Shown here: positions 63,523 to 64,000 of the stretch, piece after piece
How the letters are laid out: each line of letters starts with the position of its first letter
Position numbering within the stretch: the first letter of the stretch is position 1
Assembly: GCA_963768055.1 (NCBI GenBank)
Contig: CAVYGN010000002.1
Span: forward strand, 1,600,001 to 1,664,000
Reading direction: 5' to 3'
DNA length: 64,000 bases
Source of the DNA: an uncultured Spirochaetota bacterium
Lineage (GTDB): Bacteria; Spirochaetota; Brevinematia; Brevinematales; JAOACQ01
Made by a program: the position numbers and the translations under genes
The notes under the pieces: generated by a model
Seen by the model: the letters and a program-made list of their open reading frames with translations, nothing else
What the model was told of the DNA's origin: nothing
Databases searched by the model: none

Positions 63523-63577
63523 TTGAGATCACAATTTGTGATCTCAAGTTTGAGGTGCCAATTTGGCACCTCAAACT
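63523..63577. repeat. two tandem palindromes
   Basis: TTGAGATCACAA-T-TTGTGATCTCAA and AGTTTGAGGTGCCAA-T-TTGGCACCTCAAACT. Confidence 0.85.
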
Positions 63578-63745
63578 CAATTTTTAAAAGGAGTCATTTC
63601 CAGAATCCTTGCCATATTTTCTGCAATTACTTCTATGTCTTTATCTGTTGCTTTATTTGCCATAAATTATTATCTCCTTGCCGTATCTCCGTCCCTCGGG
63701 CGATTCCAAGGTGGCTCCCGGACCTCTCCTAATATTACCAAAATT

Positions 63746-64000
63746 TTATTTGTCTTTGATGTCGAGAACATCAATTTCGGGAATTTCAATATCAATAGAA
63801 CCGAAATGATGATCCCATTTTTTAATATCGGGGTGATTTTTATCATTTGTTGAAAATACAGGTGTTGCTGATTCATCTTGTCCAGGATTAATCCTTAAAA
63901 TAGTTATAAAACTACTTTTCCCATATTTGTTACTTAGTTTGTTCCACTTATTACTTAAATACCAAGCCGATCCTGATGTACCACATTCTCCGATTCCAGT
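63746..64000 (-). CDS. 3' end of hypothetical protein (starts beyond the window)
   Basis: Open frame from 64000: TGIGECGTSGSAWYLSNKWKQL...DIKDK-stop; not in the ORF track because its start is outside. Confidence 0.6.
   Translation of the reverse strand, partial: TGIGECGTSGSAWYLSNKWNKLSNKYGKSSFITILRINPGQDESATPVFSTNDKNHPDIKKWDHHFGSIDIEIPEIDVLDIKDK

Noticed and set aside
62345..63577. Integron (intI with attC sites)
   Set aside because: The recombinase shows no IntI-specific insertion and the palindromes lack RYYYAAC...GTTRRRY ends
63496..63876. ORFs 63496-63732, 63563-63853 and 63670-63876
   Set aside because: They overlap palindromes and a more plausible minus-strand frame entering from the window edge

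Overview
The window has three parts. (1) 1-2199: the 3' end of a Tn3-family transposon (partial tnpA plus a 38-bp terminal inverted repeat). (2) About 2.2-30.4 kb: host chromosome of a diderm, probably anaerobic bacterium (bactofilin and TonB-receptor style suggest a spirochaete; inference only). It carries accessory genes (MarR/B12-radical SAM, CPBP protease/SPASM, two 30-aa-repeat proteins) and housekeeping genes (aroC, nadB, map, leuS), ending at tRNA-Ser(GCT). (3) 30.4 kb to the window end: an AT-rich island integrated at tRNA-Ser. It holds two convergent paralogous integrases (one frameshifted in an A10 run), a broken ParB-like gene, a long non-coding origin-like region with several repeat families, an IS21 element, a TonB receptor and a thioesterase/histidine kinase/response regulator operon. 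The most notable part is a ~16-kb hybrid RiPP/fatty-acyl cluster: S8 peptidase, three radical SAM enzymes, a 79-aa Cys/Ser/Thr-rich precursor, two GNATs, ACP, ketosynthase and ABC exporter. It predicts a radical-SAM-crosslinked, fatty-acylated peptide. The precursor ORF is bracketed by a 17-bp RNA duplex with two G-U pairs, and one cluster gene has an (ATTT)8 tract in its signal-peptide region. A third tyrosine recombinase with an upstream palindromic site lies at the right end. All functional calls come from motif recognition by eye; no searches were run.
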